A DNA stretch of 64,000 nucleotides from Hydrolagus affinis. Taxonomy: Eukaryota. Positions 37,521-51,391 of the stretch are shown here, in pieces (within the stretch, counting starts at the first letter, position 1; each line of letters starts with the position of its first letter). The position numbers were made by a program, and so were the translations under genes. Where the stretch lies: the NCBI GenBank assembly GCA_012026655.1, contig JAAILG010000150.1, positions 62,001-126,000 on the forward strand, in the 5' to 3' direction. Below the pieces are notes generated by a model. The model was not told where the DNA came from. It searched no databases and saw nothing but the letters and a program-made list of their open reading frames with translations.

Positions 37521-37799
37521 TGAAAAGCTACTGCACTCTGTAATCAGCTACAGAGATACACAAGCCCTGGAATTCTCTCAGCACTTTCATGTCAAGGGAT
37601 CAAGAAATTCCTTGTGTGGGAATTGGTAGCTTTGCTTTGCTTTGCTGTGTTACTGTAACAAAATGCATCGGTGCACCATGAGATAATGTTGTATATTCAA
37701 CACTGATACCTACAATGCCAGCTCCCCCGCCCCCGTCAAGATAAAATAAAATGGTTGCAAATTTCACCATATCAAAATACCATATCTCAAAGTGTTTTG

Positions 37800-38140
37800 T
37801 GATTATTTACTGTCAAATCTAGCAATTGCTCTTGTTGCCAAATATGATAGCAAATTGCAATGAAAGTCAAGTCGCGAAGGAACAATTTATCAAGAGGATT
37901 GTTGGCCAGGGAACTGGGGAGGAATGTTCTTCTCCTTTTAACCAGTCACTTGGAATCTTAAATGAAGATAATAACTGTGGATATCTTCAGCGTGGACAGA
38001 TGGAGGCTGGTTTTAACATTTCATTTGTAGGATGGGAATGAGGAACTCCTCAGTCAATCTCTTGAGTATCAGTTTAGTATCTGAGCTCAAGTCCTGATGT
38101 GGGACTTCACACCATAACCTTCTGACTTAGAGGTGAAAAT
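37800..38140 (-). mobile_element. Deu-domain SINE, degenerate
   Basis: GGATTGTTGGCCAGG...; the head reverse complement is ATAACCTTCTGACTTAGAGGTGA. Confidence 0.65.
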
Positions 38141-38955
38141 ACAGACACAGCAATGATGTGAATTCCAGCACTGACACAACTGCTAGCACTGACATAATAC
38201 AGATGTTCAAGAGAGCTAAGAGATGCATCTAACCAGCGCTCATTCCACAAACAGTGATAAAAATTACTTTGGTAATATTATTTCAAAATCCGTCACAATA
38301 TTTTCCAGAAAAAAACACACACATCATAAACAGTCAAAATAAGCACCAAAATTGGGCTGTGTATTGTATTTGGGGAGAAAAGACAACGCAGGCAAGACAA
38401 GTGTAATTCATCATTTTTCTGATTTAATACCTAGGAAATATATTAAAATAATAAAAAGAATCCTGAAAACCTCAGAATTTGCAGTGATAAATAGCACCTT
38501 CTGCCTTTATTGCATTATCCTTACAAACAGAAATATTGCGCGGTGGATTTTGGCAGACAAGTGCGATTATTTTCCAATAAAAAGTTGCATATTAAATTCC
38601 AGCATAAAAGTGGGTGGGTATTACTTTCTTGAGCTTTCACATTCTGCCTCGGGGGGGAAACGGGTTTAAAACTTAACTTTAATAACAAAACAGTATTAGA
38701 AACAAAAAACTTACTTCAAGTCATTTACTTTTTGTTGATATATATAGAAAAAACAAAAAAATTGCTTATCAAACCAAACAACTCAGCTGAAACACTATTG
38801 TATACAACCACCAGGGGCATGAGGCAGTCCTGACTACACATTGATAGGTGTTACCAGTTGACTCCTTTATCAGTCCGACAGTGGTCACTGTAGAGCCTGA
38901 GACCCCCACTATGTAGCGACAACACTTAGAGATGCAGGGAAAACTCCCTCCCCCA

Positions 38956-39055
38956 NNNNNNNNNNNNNNNNNNNNNNNNNNNNNNNNNNNNNNNNNNNNN
39001 NNNNNNNNNNNNNNNNNNNNNNNNNNNNNNNNNNNNNNNNNNNNNNNNNNNNNNN
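38956..39055. other. Assembly gap (100 N)
   Basis: Run of N flanked by C-rich sequence, followed by an L2-type 3' end with (GTT)n. Confidence 1.
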
Positions 39056-39638
39056 CCCCCCCCGTCCCATCCCGTTGGCTCGCTGTCAGACTCTGCCACT
39101 GCGAAGCGTTCTGGAATGCTACCCCGCATGCAGGACACTATATGAATTCAAGTTGTTGTTGTTGAACTTGAAGAAACAGACACACCTTTTCTTTGATAAT
39201 GAATGATTTATACAAGGTGACCAAAAATTCATGATACCATTTTTTTTTTTTTTTAAATAATCACTTTATTTCATCATAATTTCTTTCAGACTTCTTAGAC
39301 ATTGTAATTGTGTCACAACTTGTTGGCCGACCACCCCTATATCAACTGTGTAGAGGAAACCAGAACACTGGAATCTTTCCTCATCTTAAATTAATATTTA
39401 CAATTGTGGATCATACAACATTTTGAAACATTCCTAAATTTAGTCTTAAATTGGAAGTCAGATTTCCATCATTCCTTTCAAGAAACCGGCTTCTGAAATT
39501 CTGCACAATCGTAAATTTCAGGACAATAATCTCAAGTCTAAAACCATAAGATATTCTGGACTCTGGTGCTCAGTTTGAACACATTAACTGGGGATGGAAA
39601 ACCACATCTGAAATGAATATCTCCTTGTGTATTGTGTT

Positions 39639-39985
39639 TGGAGTCCTGTAACTCAATGGTCAGAGCACTTGGCTCACAAACAAAATACCTGGGTTCAATT
39701 CCCAGGCAAAGCGAAATATTGGAGAAGTTTCCTTACTCCCACATCAGGATAACAATTATTGTTAAATTTGTGAGTCATTTATCACTAAGTAGAAGGGAAT
39801 GTCCCCTGGTAATCTGGTCAACAATCCTCCAGATAAAACTGGTTACTTCATGGCTGTTTGTAGGATTATTGTTGTGCATACATTAGCTGCTAAGTTCACC
39901 TATGAATATACAGACACTATACTTTACAGTAAAATTCCTAAGTGCTTTGAGATCTTTTGACAATGTGATATGGTGCTATATTTAT
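39639..39985 (+). mobile_element. SINE family A head joined to an older SINE 3' module
   Basis: GGAGTCCTGTAACTCAATGGTCAGAGCAC head with a degenerate tail. Confidence 0.75.
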
Positions 39986-41507
39986 GAAATCAGCACATCA
40001 AACATTCTAGCAACATTATGCTTTTATTTATTGGGATTGCTGATAATACAAGCAGGCTATGTTGGTTACCAACAGGATAGAATTCCTTGCGCTAAAATGA
40101 TTTGTTCAACTGGTGATGCCATGATCTGTGATATTCTAACAGCACTGAATTGGGAGATGAACACACAGTGCCAAGATAAGACGATTCCCAAACTGAGAAC
40201 ATCTGAGAATGATGGGGATGAATAACATAGGAAGAAAACTGTTTGTGGTGATTGCTACAAACTGTGGTTGAGCAGAGTCCCGAGATTCTTTTAAAAGTGA
40301 ATTAAATATACTGTACAGTCTTCTTGAGGAGAAAGAAGATGAAAGGCTATGGGGAATGAGCAGGTTTAAATTATATGGTCCATTTGGAGAGAAAAAAGCT
40401 CAGACTGATGGGCCGAATGACCTGTTTCTCTGGGATTCTATTTAATTCTATGAGACATGTTGGAGCTGTTAAAAAGAAAAGTCCCTGAACAAAATGATTT
40501 CTAGAAATTTACACTTCCCTGTGGAGCATATGGGAGGTACAGATAAAGCACACTGAAGCACTACAATCTTTACTTATTTAGAAAGATGTTGGAAGCACAA
40601 GGATCAGCCACTGATGTCCTATTGGGGAGCCAGTGAAGCCTGGTCAGGACTGGTGCAATGATGGGGAGAGTAACCAATTTTATTGGGGGAACTTTACCCA
40701 GGAGAATGGGAGATGTTTCCTTCTCTTTTTGATTAACACCAATGAAATCCACCTGAACAGCAGACAGAGCTTGGTTTAACATCTCATCCAAAGGACAACA
40801 GCACACCACAGCAATGCCCTGCTACTCAGATGCATTGCTCCTACCAGCAGGCTGGACTTCTGACATGGGCCAGACTATTGGGGAAAGACTCTAATTTATT
40901 ACATACAGAGAGGGACAGGTGTGAGAAAGACTCCAGGGACAAGCCATGTTCTTCAGTACATTCTCAGGGCTGGGAACAGAATTGATGCTCTCAAGTCAAG
41001 GGGAGAATGGGGGAGAAAAAACCAAATTAAAAGGCAAATAAAGTCTTGTTAATATTTGGAAGACAAAATGACTTTTATGAATCTTACATTGGCTAATGCA
41101 TCTCATGTTTTATTCATCTCAAAGAGTCAGCATTTATAAATTGATGGCTATTTGCCAAATAATCCAATTGAGGCATCTGTGAGATAAAGTAATGGAGAGT
41201 TACTGTATCTGAATGTACAAAGGTACAGCTCACATGGAATAAGTCAAAGAGAACAATTTGACAACTTCGCTTTAATGATCTGACAGGCTTCCCAAGGGGG
41301 ATAGATTGTACACATGTGACTCTTTGAGTTTTGCCCACACATTCCCTGTGATTCATTATTGATTGTTTGGCAGCCACGTTTCGCCCACAAAATGCAAAGT
41401 CACCACACTTTCCAATACATTCTGCAAATCACTTGATACATCTTGAAGTTGTGATAAGACGCTAAATCTGTATATAGTTTTTAATGTAACTTATAATTAT
41501 GTATTGT

Positions 41508-41792
41508 GGAGTCCAGCAGCTCAGTGGTTAGAGCACTCGCCTTACAAACGTAAGACCGGGGTTTGAATCCAGGAAGGTCAGGGTGAAACCTTGGGAAAGT
41601 TTCCTTACAATAATAAAATTGTTCATTTCAATCCATGATTGTTTGTGGGACACTACTGTGTGCAATTGGCTGTCTCATTTTGCCCACAAATGTACAATCA
41701 ATTCACTTTACAGTATATTCTGTGAAGCGCTTAGAGACATCTAGAAGACCTGAGAAGCGCTATATCAAATGCATGGATTATTATTATTATTA
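41508..41792 (+). mobile_element. SINE family A with internal deletion
   Basis: Head with CTCGCCTTACAA and tail GCTATATCAAATGCATGG(ATT)n. Confidence 0.9.
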
Positions 41793-44700
41793 TCAACAAC
41801 AAAATCACGATTGTATAGTGTCTTTTAATTCGTGAGGACATCCCAAGGTTTTGCTTATCAAATCTTTAACATCCACCTGAACAGCAGACAGGGCTTGGTT
41901 TAAAGTCTCATCCAAGGGAGAGCAGCACAGCGCCACACTTGGGTGTCAGCTTAGACTATATGAGTTCCAAGATGGAGGAAGAGAGCGAGGATGAATGACA
42001 GGAGGGAAGAGAAAGAGACGAATTCAGGAGTAAAGGGGCAGCCAGAGCTCACACACGAACAATGAGGAGCGGTTTGTCAGATCCTCTAGAGTACCAAAGA
42101 CTGGGTCTGCGGTCAGGAACATGTCATTGTCAGATGTTTCCCTAAATAACCTCAATCGTTACATTTGAAAGCAAGTTGAGAGACGTTACCAATTGAAAAT
42201 ATTATTTATATTATTTATTTTATTGGTAGGCAGCTATGGAGCAGCTGGGGAGAGGGAGAGAAGGATCAATGACAAAACAAAGGAAATTCTTATTTTAAAA
42301 AAAAATTAGAGGATCAAAGGCTCCGGAAGAAAAGATTGATCCAGTTCTGCACATCCAGGCACATTAACTTTTAATTCTTTGCACAGGAAATCATAAACAC
42401 CATCACCCAATCAGCATGATGCCATACAGGGGAAAAATTGCCCATTAGCTATAAGAACAAGTGTAGTGAATGTGTACCAAACAGCGTTTAATTGGTTTCC
42501 AAGTAAACTGGTTTATTAGCAGGCTACTCAAGCTAAGTTGAGTGTGTATACAGCCTTAATTTTCCCTTCTAAAAGAGTTCAGTCCAACAGGGAATGGTAC
42601 TCATGCTGCATGGGGCGGTGAAACAGAAGGTGAAAAACAAACAAAAGACAAAATCAGAGCAACCTCTTAATCCACAATTATCCTTGTAACTATTTCCATT
42701 CCTTTTATCATCCATTAGCCTGGATACCCATCATCCCAGCAAATACCATGTCAGCCCTTTCATCCCTGGGGTTTTCCTGTACCGGTGGGACCCAGTGCAG
42801 CGGCCTTGAGTGACATGTAAGATTATTAGCTCTTAAATCCATTTATCTGGTCCATTGAACAGTAAATTGAAGCGCTCGTTAACAATGACAACAACCTTCT
42901 TTATTTTCTATTGTCTGAGCATTAAGTGGGTATTTCTAATTTCCTCAAACACAGCCATTTGTTCACATGAATATGCAAACCTCTAAACACATTTAATCCA
43001 ATGACATGAATATGGTAGGGGAAGTTACTATTAAGTGAATATTACATCCTTTTTGTGCAAGTGGTAATATATATTACTCTATCCTGAAATAATGACACAT
43101 TTGCTGTCACCATTGACTTTATTCAACCAGCAATTTTACATAATTCTTTCAACACCAGAATAAAGGATATATAGGATTAACACATGATTATTATTATCAT
43201 TATTTCTTTCATTATGTTCTTTCTCCACTCACTGCATTTTACATGCTGCTGAAAGTGCTTATCTGGTGCATAGTGTTTCAGTGCAGTGATGGACAATAGA
43301 CTTGGGGTTTAATTATCTAGGAAAATGTTACATTATTGGGCACATATCAGTAATGTATCCTTTCCTCAGTGACTACAAAGAATGTCTCAAATATTTGGAA
43401 TTGAACCTCTGGGCTTTTAACAGAATAAAATATAAAACTGAAAGCAATTTCCACTTGCTACAGACAAGCATCATTTAGGAGTGAAGACAAATCTACTTTT
43501 TTTTAAAAAAAACTTCAATTTAGTAAATGTTCCCAGCAGCTTATATGAATATTGTCTTTCAAAGCTATAAACCGTTCTTTCGATGGAGACCGATATTTAT
43601 CTTTGCTCAATGGCTGCGGGAGATAATACAGCACTACAACCAGACAAGCAAAATCATTTCAAAAATAAATGGCCAAACTCTTGCCTTATATTAACCCTAA
43701 AATGATTCTTTGGAGTATTTTATGCTGTGCAAAAAAAATGTGGCTTCTGATGAATAAAAATGTGACGGCTTCACCCATGCCTGCAAAGTGCCCCCAGAAG
43801 CTTTATTCTACGCTCCTCGTTCATTATGAGAACAACAATCGATTTGTCCAAGTTATTACACCGATTGGTTTCCAGTGTGAATTGCTAATACACCACTCTA
43901 ACCCCTGTGTGCATCAGTCTGTCCACTTTTTGGGTAAGAGCTTCAGTAATACAATACAATTATAAAACACTTTTCATATGTTGGCAGGACGTCTCGAAGC
44001 CCTTAAATTTAAAATACTAATAATAATCCTTGCATTTGATACAGTGCCTTCTCACATCTTCAAGACGTCTGAAAGTGCTTCACAGAATAGACTGTAAAGT
44101 GAAATGACTGTATATATGCGGGCACATAAAATGTAAAGCATAAAATGTAAAATGTTCACAGCTTATCGAGTGCTTTATCAAATGAGATTAATTTCAAAAT
44201 GAAGTGACTATTGTTATTGGAGGCAAACACGAGAACTAAATTGCACAAATAACATCCCTCACTGATGCAAGTGATAGTTGGCACAAATCTACTGTGCCCA
44301 CTACAGCAGCTGCAGGAACAACAATGCATGCACACCAATGTTTGAGGCCAATCCCCTGTGTAAGCTTGGTGCTAACGCAATTTGTTCTTAATCGCAATTT
44401 CTCCCTCTTTCCTCCACCGTAAAAGCAGGGCTCGTGATGACAAGATGACTACATTGTGATTCACATATGCAATGTACTATCTTGATTAAAAGTCTGAATC
44501 TAGTGTAGATAAAACGAGGCACACAAGAAAAAAAACGTTAAGCATTGCCTGTTAGAAACAAATCTGTACAATGATTAGAACCATGGCTTGTGACAATGCT
44601 ACTTGTATTTTATTTGTCTATTATCCTGAGGGTAGCACAGACTGTGTCTACCAATTGCACTCCGTTATACCAGCTATTTCAACAATACTCTCGGGTGCAC

Positions 44701-45831
44701 CAGGCAGGAGCTAATTGTTCTACATCGCCAGGCCTCTAAATCCTGCCAGCTCTGGCTTTAATTATAGACATCTGTCACTGCTCGCCACTCAGTAGTAACC
44801 GTAACATCAATATACAACAATAACACTGAAATGCCTCCAGGCACCGCGTGGAGACCTGAAACGAGAGTCGGGCAATCATCTGCTTTCTTCCAACTATCTG
44901 TCAAATGCTCCCAGCCACAAATTGCTCTCTTTGTGTCCTTAGGATAATCTGTTGATTTATTGCGTGGCTTCTAATATTTACAGCCCAACCTGCCTCCTAG
45001 CGCGCTGAAGAGCAATGCTCAAAAGAACTCGTTTGCTCCTGCAGGACTTAAAAGAACGACACCAGTCTTTGGCAGGTTCGGAGAAATATTTATTCCTGTA
45101 CGAAATGCTCCACGTTTTTACTGAAACGTTACTCCCATTCTTATTATTGCCTAAAGCCTGTAAATATTCTGTATGTTTCCAGGATGCAAACAAATGACGA
45201 CAGTATTTGGCAAAAGGGTTAATAACCTTTAAAGAGCAGAATCATTTTTTCCACACACCTCTTTAATGCTCTATCCTTTAGTTCAGTCAGGATATGTCGG
45301 CCAAGATCCAGTCTCAAAATCCTTTGCTGCTCTTTGGTATTTTACCTTGATTTTACCCTTCTGCTGAAAATCTCTATCTGGTCAGCACAACAAATAAAAC
45401 TGATGTAGAACCAAGCATCTGTCCTCACAGGTGTCTAACAGACTGAGATCCGTGTGTGAAAAAAGCTTCATGGTCTGTGTGGTGTGTGTCTGTGTAAGTG
45501 AGTGAGTATGTGAGAGAGAGACAGACAGTCTGACAAAGAGACAGAAAGGACTAGGAGTTAGGAATAACAATGCATCTGGGAATTTACAAAGAGATGACTT
45601 TTTTAAAAAAAATCACTTGTTTTATCCATTTAATTATAAATATTTACAGCAAACCAACACCAATATATATATTTTTAAATTAGCTATATACGCAAGGAAA
45701 GATAATAAACAGGGGACTCCTCAATCAAAATACTGTTCAACGAAATAAAAAAAAACCTTAAAGAATATTAATGATTGCTCTTTGGTGATCATATTTTCAG
45801 TTTGCTTCATTCTGGAATTCATTCTCATAGT

Positions 45832-46215
45832 GGAATCCTGAGTGTATTGGTTAGATCATTCACCTCACAATTGAGAGTACCCAGGTTCGATTCCTGGCCA
45901 GCGCAAAACCTTAGGCTAGTTTCCTTATTCCACACTCTCTGTTTACCTAGTACTGTAGTAAGTAGGAAACTGGTTGTTAGTCATTTGGCAGATGGCTTTG
46001 CCGGGAGTAATAATTCTTTCAAAAACAAATTAAAAAATAACCATTTGGTCACTCAATCCATGACTGTTTATGTGACATTGCTGTGGGCAATTGGCTTCCA
46101 CGTTTTGCCCCAAAATATGCAGTCAGTTCACTTCACAGTCTATTCTGTGAAGCCCTCTAAGATGCCTCAACAACATAATAAGGCACTATATCACAAGCAA
46201 GGATTATTACTATTA
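45832..46215 (+). mobile_element. SINE family A (long form)
   Basis: Head, CTCTGTTTACCTAG..GTAAGTAGGAAACTGG central segment, and tail. Confidence 0.88.
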
Positions 46216-46678
46216 TTCTCTGCATCACAAGACCTACCTTAAAACATAAGCATTCAGTGACTTCTCATTTGTAGCATCATTGTATCTATGTTTTTGAACC
46301 AGGCAACATAAGTGGCTTTCTCAACTTAATGTTCAAAGGAAGATACCTAGAGGTATTAAGAGGTAGGGAAAAGGGCACATTTATGGGGAATAAAATCTGC
46401 TATCATCCAATAAGCTCGCAATTGATGTGTTGATTGGCCTCCTAGTGTTCATAGGTTCCTCGAAATAATAATTGTGGTCACAATGGATTATTTGATATTT
46501 CACAATGTCCTTCATCTCTGAAGTGAATAATACAGCTAAAACTTGGCTAAGTACTTTCTCACAAAATTCTCAGAATGGCCTTGGTACTGGGCTGACTTTG
46601 GGAGGAAAAAAAAGGTTCATTGTTTCACATTATCCAATAATGTGTTCAAGATTGCTCGGGAGCTATTTTTTATTTTTG

Positions 46679-46960
46679 GTCAGCCGGCTGTCCATCACAT
46701 CTGGAAACCCATCACCATGCGTAAGAGTATCCAAACCAAGCTGAAATTCCTATGCATCGCACCTACACATGAAAATCCCAGAGATAGATTGTCAAAATGC
46801 ACACTCTCTCCCTGGAGGGATGCAATCTGCTCCCTAATTCCGGGAAGTATTAAGCGCAGGTTAGTAAGAGCCATTGCTTGGGTACCCTAGAGTGTGCGTT
46901 GTGGGTAACTGTTTGGAGTCTAATCAGCTAAAACTGCATAGCTTGTCTTTGATATTGCTA
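46679..46960 (+). repeat. Repeat family B, 5' half
   Basis: GTCAGCC...TGGAAACCCATCACCATGCGTAAG...AAGCGCAGGTTAGTAAGAGCCATTGCTTGGG. Confidence 0.75.
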
Positions 46961-47289
46961 TTGGTTCCTACCGCTCAAACCTAACCCTAAGGGAATAGAA
47001 GATTGATATGATGTTATTAAGTCATAGAGGCGTAAAGGTGCAAGGTCACAGAGGGCTTTGAAGTTGAGGATGCCAACTATGTTCCCATTTCCAGCAAAAA
47101 GCTGATTGTTAATGAGCTCAACTATCCTTTATACCCCACATCCATGTCCAGAAATACACAGTCAATTCACTTTACAGTATATTCTGTGAAGCACTTTGAG
47201 ACTTCGATAAGATGTGAAAAGCGCTATAGCAAATGCAAGGATTATTATTATTATTATTATCTCCTCTGTCTTCCATCAGCTCTGCAACA

Positions 47290-47705
47290 TTGCTTGGCTC
47301 CACCACTGTCTCACACTGCAGGCCGCTAAAACTCTCATACACGCATTCATAACATCCAGGCTTAACTAACTACCTCCACAGATTGCAAATCATCCAGAGC
47401 TCTGCAAACCATGTCCTCTCCCATACTAGGCTCTGTGACCCTATCATGCCCATACTCACCCAATTCCACTGGCTTCCCATCCCGCAGAGGGTACAGTTCA
47501 ACCGTAACAGTTCAGAACCTGGTTCTCACCTTCAAAGCCCTCAATGGCCATGCTCCCCCTTAGCTCTGCAACCTTGCAACCCCATACCGACGTGTCCATT
47601 CCTTCCGCTCAGCAGGCTTCTGCATGCTTCATGTCCGCCGCCTTTCCTGCCCCACCATTGGCAGCCAGGCCTTCAACCACTCTGCCACCACTCTCTGGAA
47701 CTCCA
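47290..47705 (+). mobile_element. L2 LINE 3' fragment
   Basis: ORF 47383: IIQSSANHVLSHTRLCDPIMPILTQFHWLPIPQRVQF. Confidence 0.85.
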
Positions 47706-48374
47706 TCTTGGATATTTGCATTTATTAGAAAAGTTGCAGAGGGCTGTAGCAAGTTCCTGCAGAGCAATAAAAAAAGGTACTAAATATTCTGTACCAGTTT
47801 AATATTTCCCAGGAAATGCCCAGAGATTTTTGAAGAGATGACAATTAGGCGACTTGCTTAATTACAAATGCAGAGCAAATGTGTAGCTTACACAATGGCC
47901 ATACTGTCCAACAAAGCATAGAGTGAATAGAGTGAAGTTGATTTGTATTAGGCAGGTTTGCACAGATTCAAGTAGCCAGCTGTTGAGTAGGATTGGTGGT
48001 GCATTATATAACCTCTAGTGGTTGCCTTATTACTGTGTTTTACAGTTAGACTGTTATTGTGTGGAGCATCTTGGAGGGGGTGTGATATAAGTGAAAGGGT
48101 AATAAAAATCATGGTGACATATGGCAACAGTGGATCAGATAACTTCAGCTTTTAAGTCATCTGTAATATTGCTAACGTTTTACAACAGTGGAAAGTACTC
48201 CGTGTCTGTGAAATAGTACTTGGACCAGCTGCCGGTGTTTAGGGCCTTAGTTGTCTATGCAGAATGCAGCACAATAATATCTGTGTTTTAAATTGATATA
48301 TTTTTACCTGCACAATCTGTTTGATAGAATAGGTTATTTACAAAGCACTACTTACATGGAACGTAAGCAGGACC

Positions 48375-48770
48375 TCAGAGGATAGAGCTCAAAATCCTTG
48401 TCTTCGCCTTCAAAGCCCTCCACAGCCTTCCTACCTCTGTGACCCACTAACCCCATATCAACCTATCTGTCCCCTATGCTTAGCGGTTTCCAGAGTACTC
48501 TATGTCCCCCGCCCAGTACACAGCCTCTCTGGACCCACCCTTTGAAAATCTATCCCACAGTCCCTACACATTGCTCCCTCCCTTGCCTCCTTCAAGCCAC
48601 AACTCTTCGACCATACCTTTGGCCACCCTCTTCTCCCTACACTCCATGCCGTCCACTCCTCCTGACCCTAATCTCCATCTCAGATCCAAATCCCTGACTG
48701 TCCATCACGTTGGAATGTTCTCCCGACATGAAAGGCATTATACAAGTGTGATTTGTTATTGTTATTGTTA
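48375..48770 (+). mobile_element. L2 LINE extreme 3' end with tail
   Basis: CAGAGGATAGAGCTCAAAATCCTTGTCTTCGCCTTCAAAGCCCTCCAC (QRIE.KILVFAFKALH), ending GAAAGGCATTATACAAGTG...(GTTATT)n. Confidence 0.8.
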
Positions 48771-50216
48771 AAGATAAAATCAAAATGGCCAAAGGTTGTT
48801 TTTCATTTAAATCTCCTGTTATGAGAATTCAGGGACACAGCTCAGGTTAAGTCACAAACAAGACCGCCAGAGGAGGTACTACACATTACATCTGTTTAAT
48901 GTCCTGATTGCCAATGGATGGCAACAGTGCTTAGCCATATCATATGCCTCTGATTCCAGGACCTACAGCCAGAAAAGACGCTGATCGACATCTCTTCCTG
49001 ATCACTCGTCCACAACTCACATCGGCTGAATTTCCAGAGACTGATGCCACAGAGTATCCTGTGCCAAAATAATTTTGAAAATCTAATATTTTTGTGCAGA
49101 GGACAAAGATCTTGCTTGTACATTTAACCCTCTCCTTTAAGTGACTCATACAGATAATGAAATATGGATTATTTATCTTTTCTATTCACACTGTTCCCAT
49201 GACAATCTAAAGTTATATTGTATTATACCACTGGAATATCATTGTAGGTGACTGTGGACATTGCACCACAAGTCAGGGATTTAGTAAGATGGGATATGGA
49301 AAGGACATTCTAATACTTAAAACGCTATGCATTAGGATTAAGCACTATTGAACATTAGCCTAAATGCTGTCTGTACCTCAGGAGAAGTTATTCATAAATC
49401 TCAGAAAAGTTGCCAATCCTATTCCTCATCCAAATCCACCGGTTCATTAGTTTTCAAAATACAATAACATTTATAACGCAGAGCACAGAATAAGACAACC
49501 ACAATTATTAATCATGAAAGCACAACCTGGATTTCACATCTCTATAAAACAACCTCTGAAATTCACAAGGACTAAACATTTTTCTATCAGCTTCCAGTGC
49601 TGTGATACCACGCAGGGTCAAATCTCATTACCTGACTAAAATTAAAACCTGCAGTTTAATACTGTTCACACCCGACAACAATTCGGCACATTATTGCGTT
49701 CTGAAATCCCTTGGTGACCATGAGAAAATGCCCTTAAGAAAGTCTCCTCTCCGCCTGAAAAGAAAATGCAGTTTGTACAGATCGCACATGCTTGGTCATC
49801 AGACTACCAAGTTTTCGCGGCTTTGTATCAGAAGAAAGATTCCAAACCAGCATTAGTTCATGTTACATTTTGCTGCTAACTTTCCTAATCTTGCCAATTC
49901 AAAATTTACCCGCAGCATATACCGGTGAACACTTATTAAGGCTGCAATGTGTCACTAAAGTTTTTTAGTTCTCATTCGGAACAGCGTTCTGCCACAATTG
50001 TACGAAAGTGTAATGAAAAAATCCAATAAGATTGCTGGTAAAGCAGGTCTGAACATTCATTTAAAAGCTGGTTTGTCTGCCCGCTCTCCTTATAGCCCCT
50101 AAAGTGCACAAGTCATACCCACTATCAAATTGTTCTATTATGTAATGTCATGGGCACTTTGTGCAAAACTGATTGCGTACAGACCTTGTTAAACCCTAGA
50201 AAGAGCACAGAAAGAT

Positions 50217-50230
50217 TGCCATCTGCTGGT
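50217..50230 (-). promoter_or_regulatory. CTCF-like motif
   Basis: ACCAGCAGATGGCA. Motif only. Confidence 0.4.
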
Positions 50231-50614
50231 TCAAGGCTATTTACATGGAATCTTAGTGTATCACTACGCAGAGCCAATGAGGAGCTTGAGGAGTGCTCTC
50301 TAACAAAAAAGGAGTAGGCCATTCAGTCCCTCGAGCCTGTTCCACCATTCTATATGATCATTTTTAATCTGTGTCTCAACTCCAATTACCCGCCCTTGCC
50401 CCATATACATTGATACCCTGACCTAACAATTAGATGTCCACCTCAGTCTTATACTCTAATAGGAACCCCAGAATGTACAAAATTGGAAATAAAACTGGAT
50501 CTATCTGAACCAGACCCCAATATTACTCTGCAAGGACTATATTGCTCATACTATTTATTTACCAAATAGCCAATCTCTTAAGTTTGCTGATAAAATCTTC
50601 ACCTGATCATTCTG

Positions 50615-50872
50615 TGTCCGCCTGGCTCAGTTGGTAATACTCTCACTTCTGATAGAAGGTTGTGGGTTAAAGGCCCACATCAGGGCTTGCCAACAAGACC
50701 CCCAAATCGGTCACACACTCAATGGCTGTTTCTGGGAAAATCTTTGCACAAGTTGAGAGCTGTGTTCACCTACAAAGTATACACTATCACACCACTATAC
50801 AGCATATACTGTGAAGTGCTTTGAGTCATCTCGATGACATGTTAAGGCACTATATAAAGTGCAATAATTATA
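50615..50872 (+). mobile_element. Older tRNA-SINE (SacSINE1-like head, Deu domain deleted)
   Basis: GCCTGGCTCAGTTGGTAATACTCTCAC...GAAGGTTGTGGGTTAAAG plus the shared tail. Confidence 0.65.
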
Positions 50873-51391
50873 TACTATTAACCATTCTACATATTCACCA
50901 CTCGCTGGGTAAAATAATTAAATCTAAACTTTGAGTTCACCTCCCCTCTTTTCAACTCAATATTGTAACCCCTAGGTCTAGAGTTTTATGACCATCAACA
51001 TATTACTTTATTAGGGTTCAAGTCTGATACGATGAGAAACAAAGCTACCAACTAACAAACAAATGGGAACACAAAGGAAACAGGGAGAAAATGGTGCACA
51101 TTCATGAAGGAGCACAATAGGTTGTTGGATAAAGAATACGTGACAGATTGACTCTTCAAAGTGCAGGTATTGCTTCTTGTCCTGGTTTTCATTCTTCCTC
51201 TTTAAGCAAGGGATAATTAACATCTGAAAAAGGTTACAAGGAAAGAGCAGTTGAGAACTGGACACAAGACTCATTTAGAAATAATTAGATACAGTACTAT
51301 AATGGGAAGAGGGTCGAGTGGGTATTTGGAAGGATGAGATACAAAAATGACAGCGCCTCCTCACTGAATATTTCTTGTTATCAGTATCATG

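Noticed and set aside
44826-44872. GAAAC-GAGA-GTC resembling hammerhead stem III
   Set aside because: The upstream box is CTGAAAT rather than CTGANGA, and stem I cannot form.
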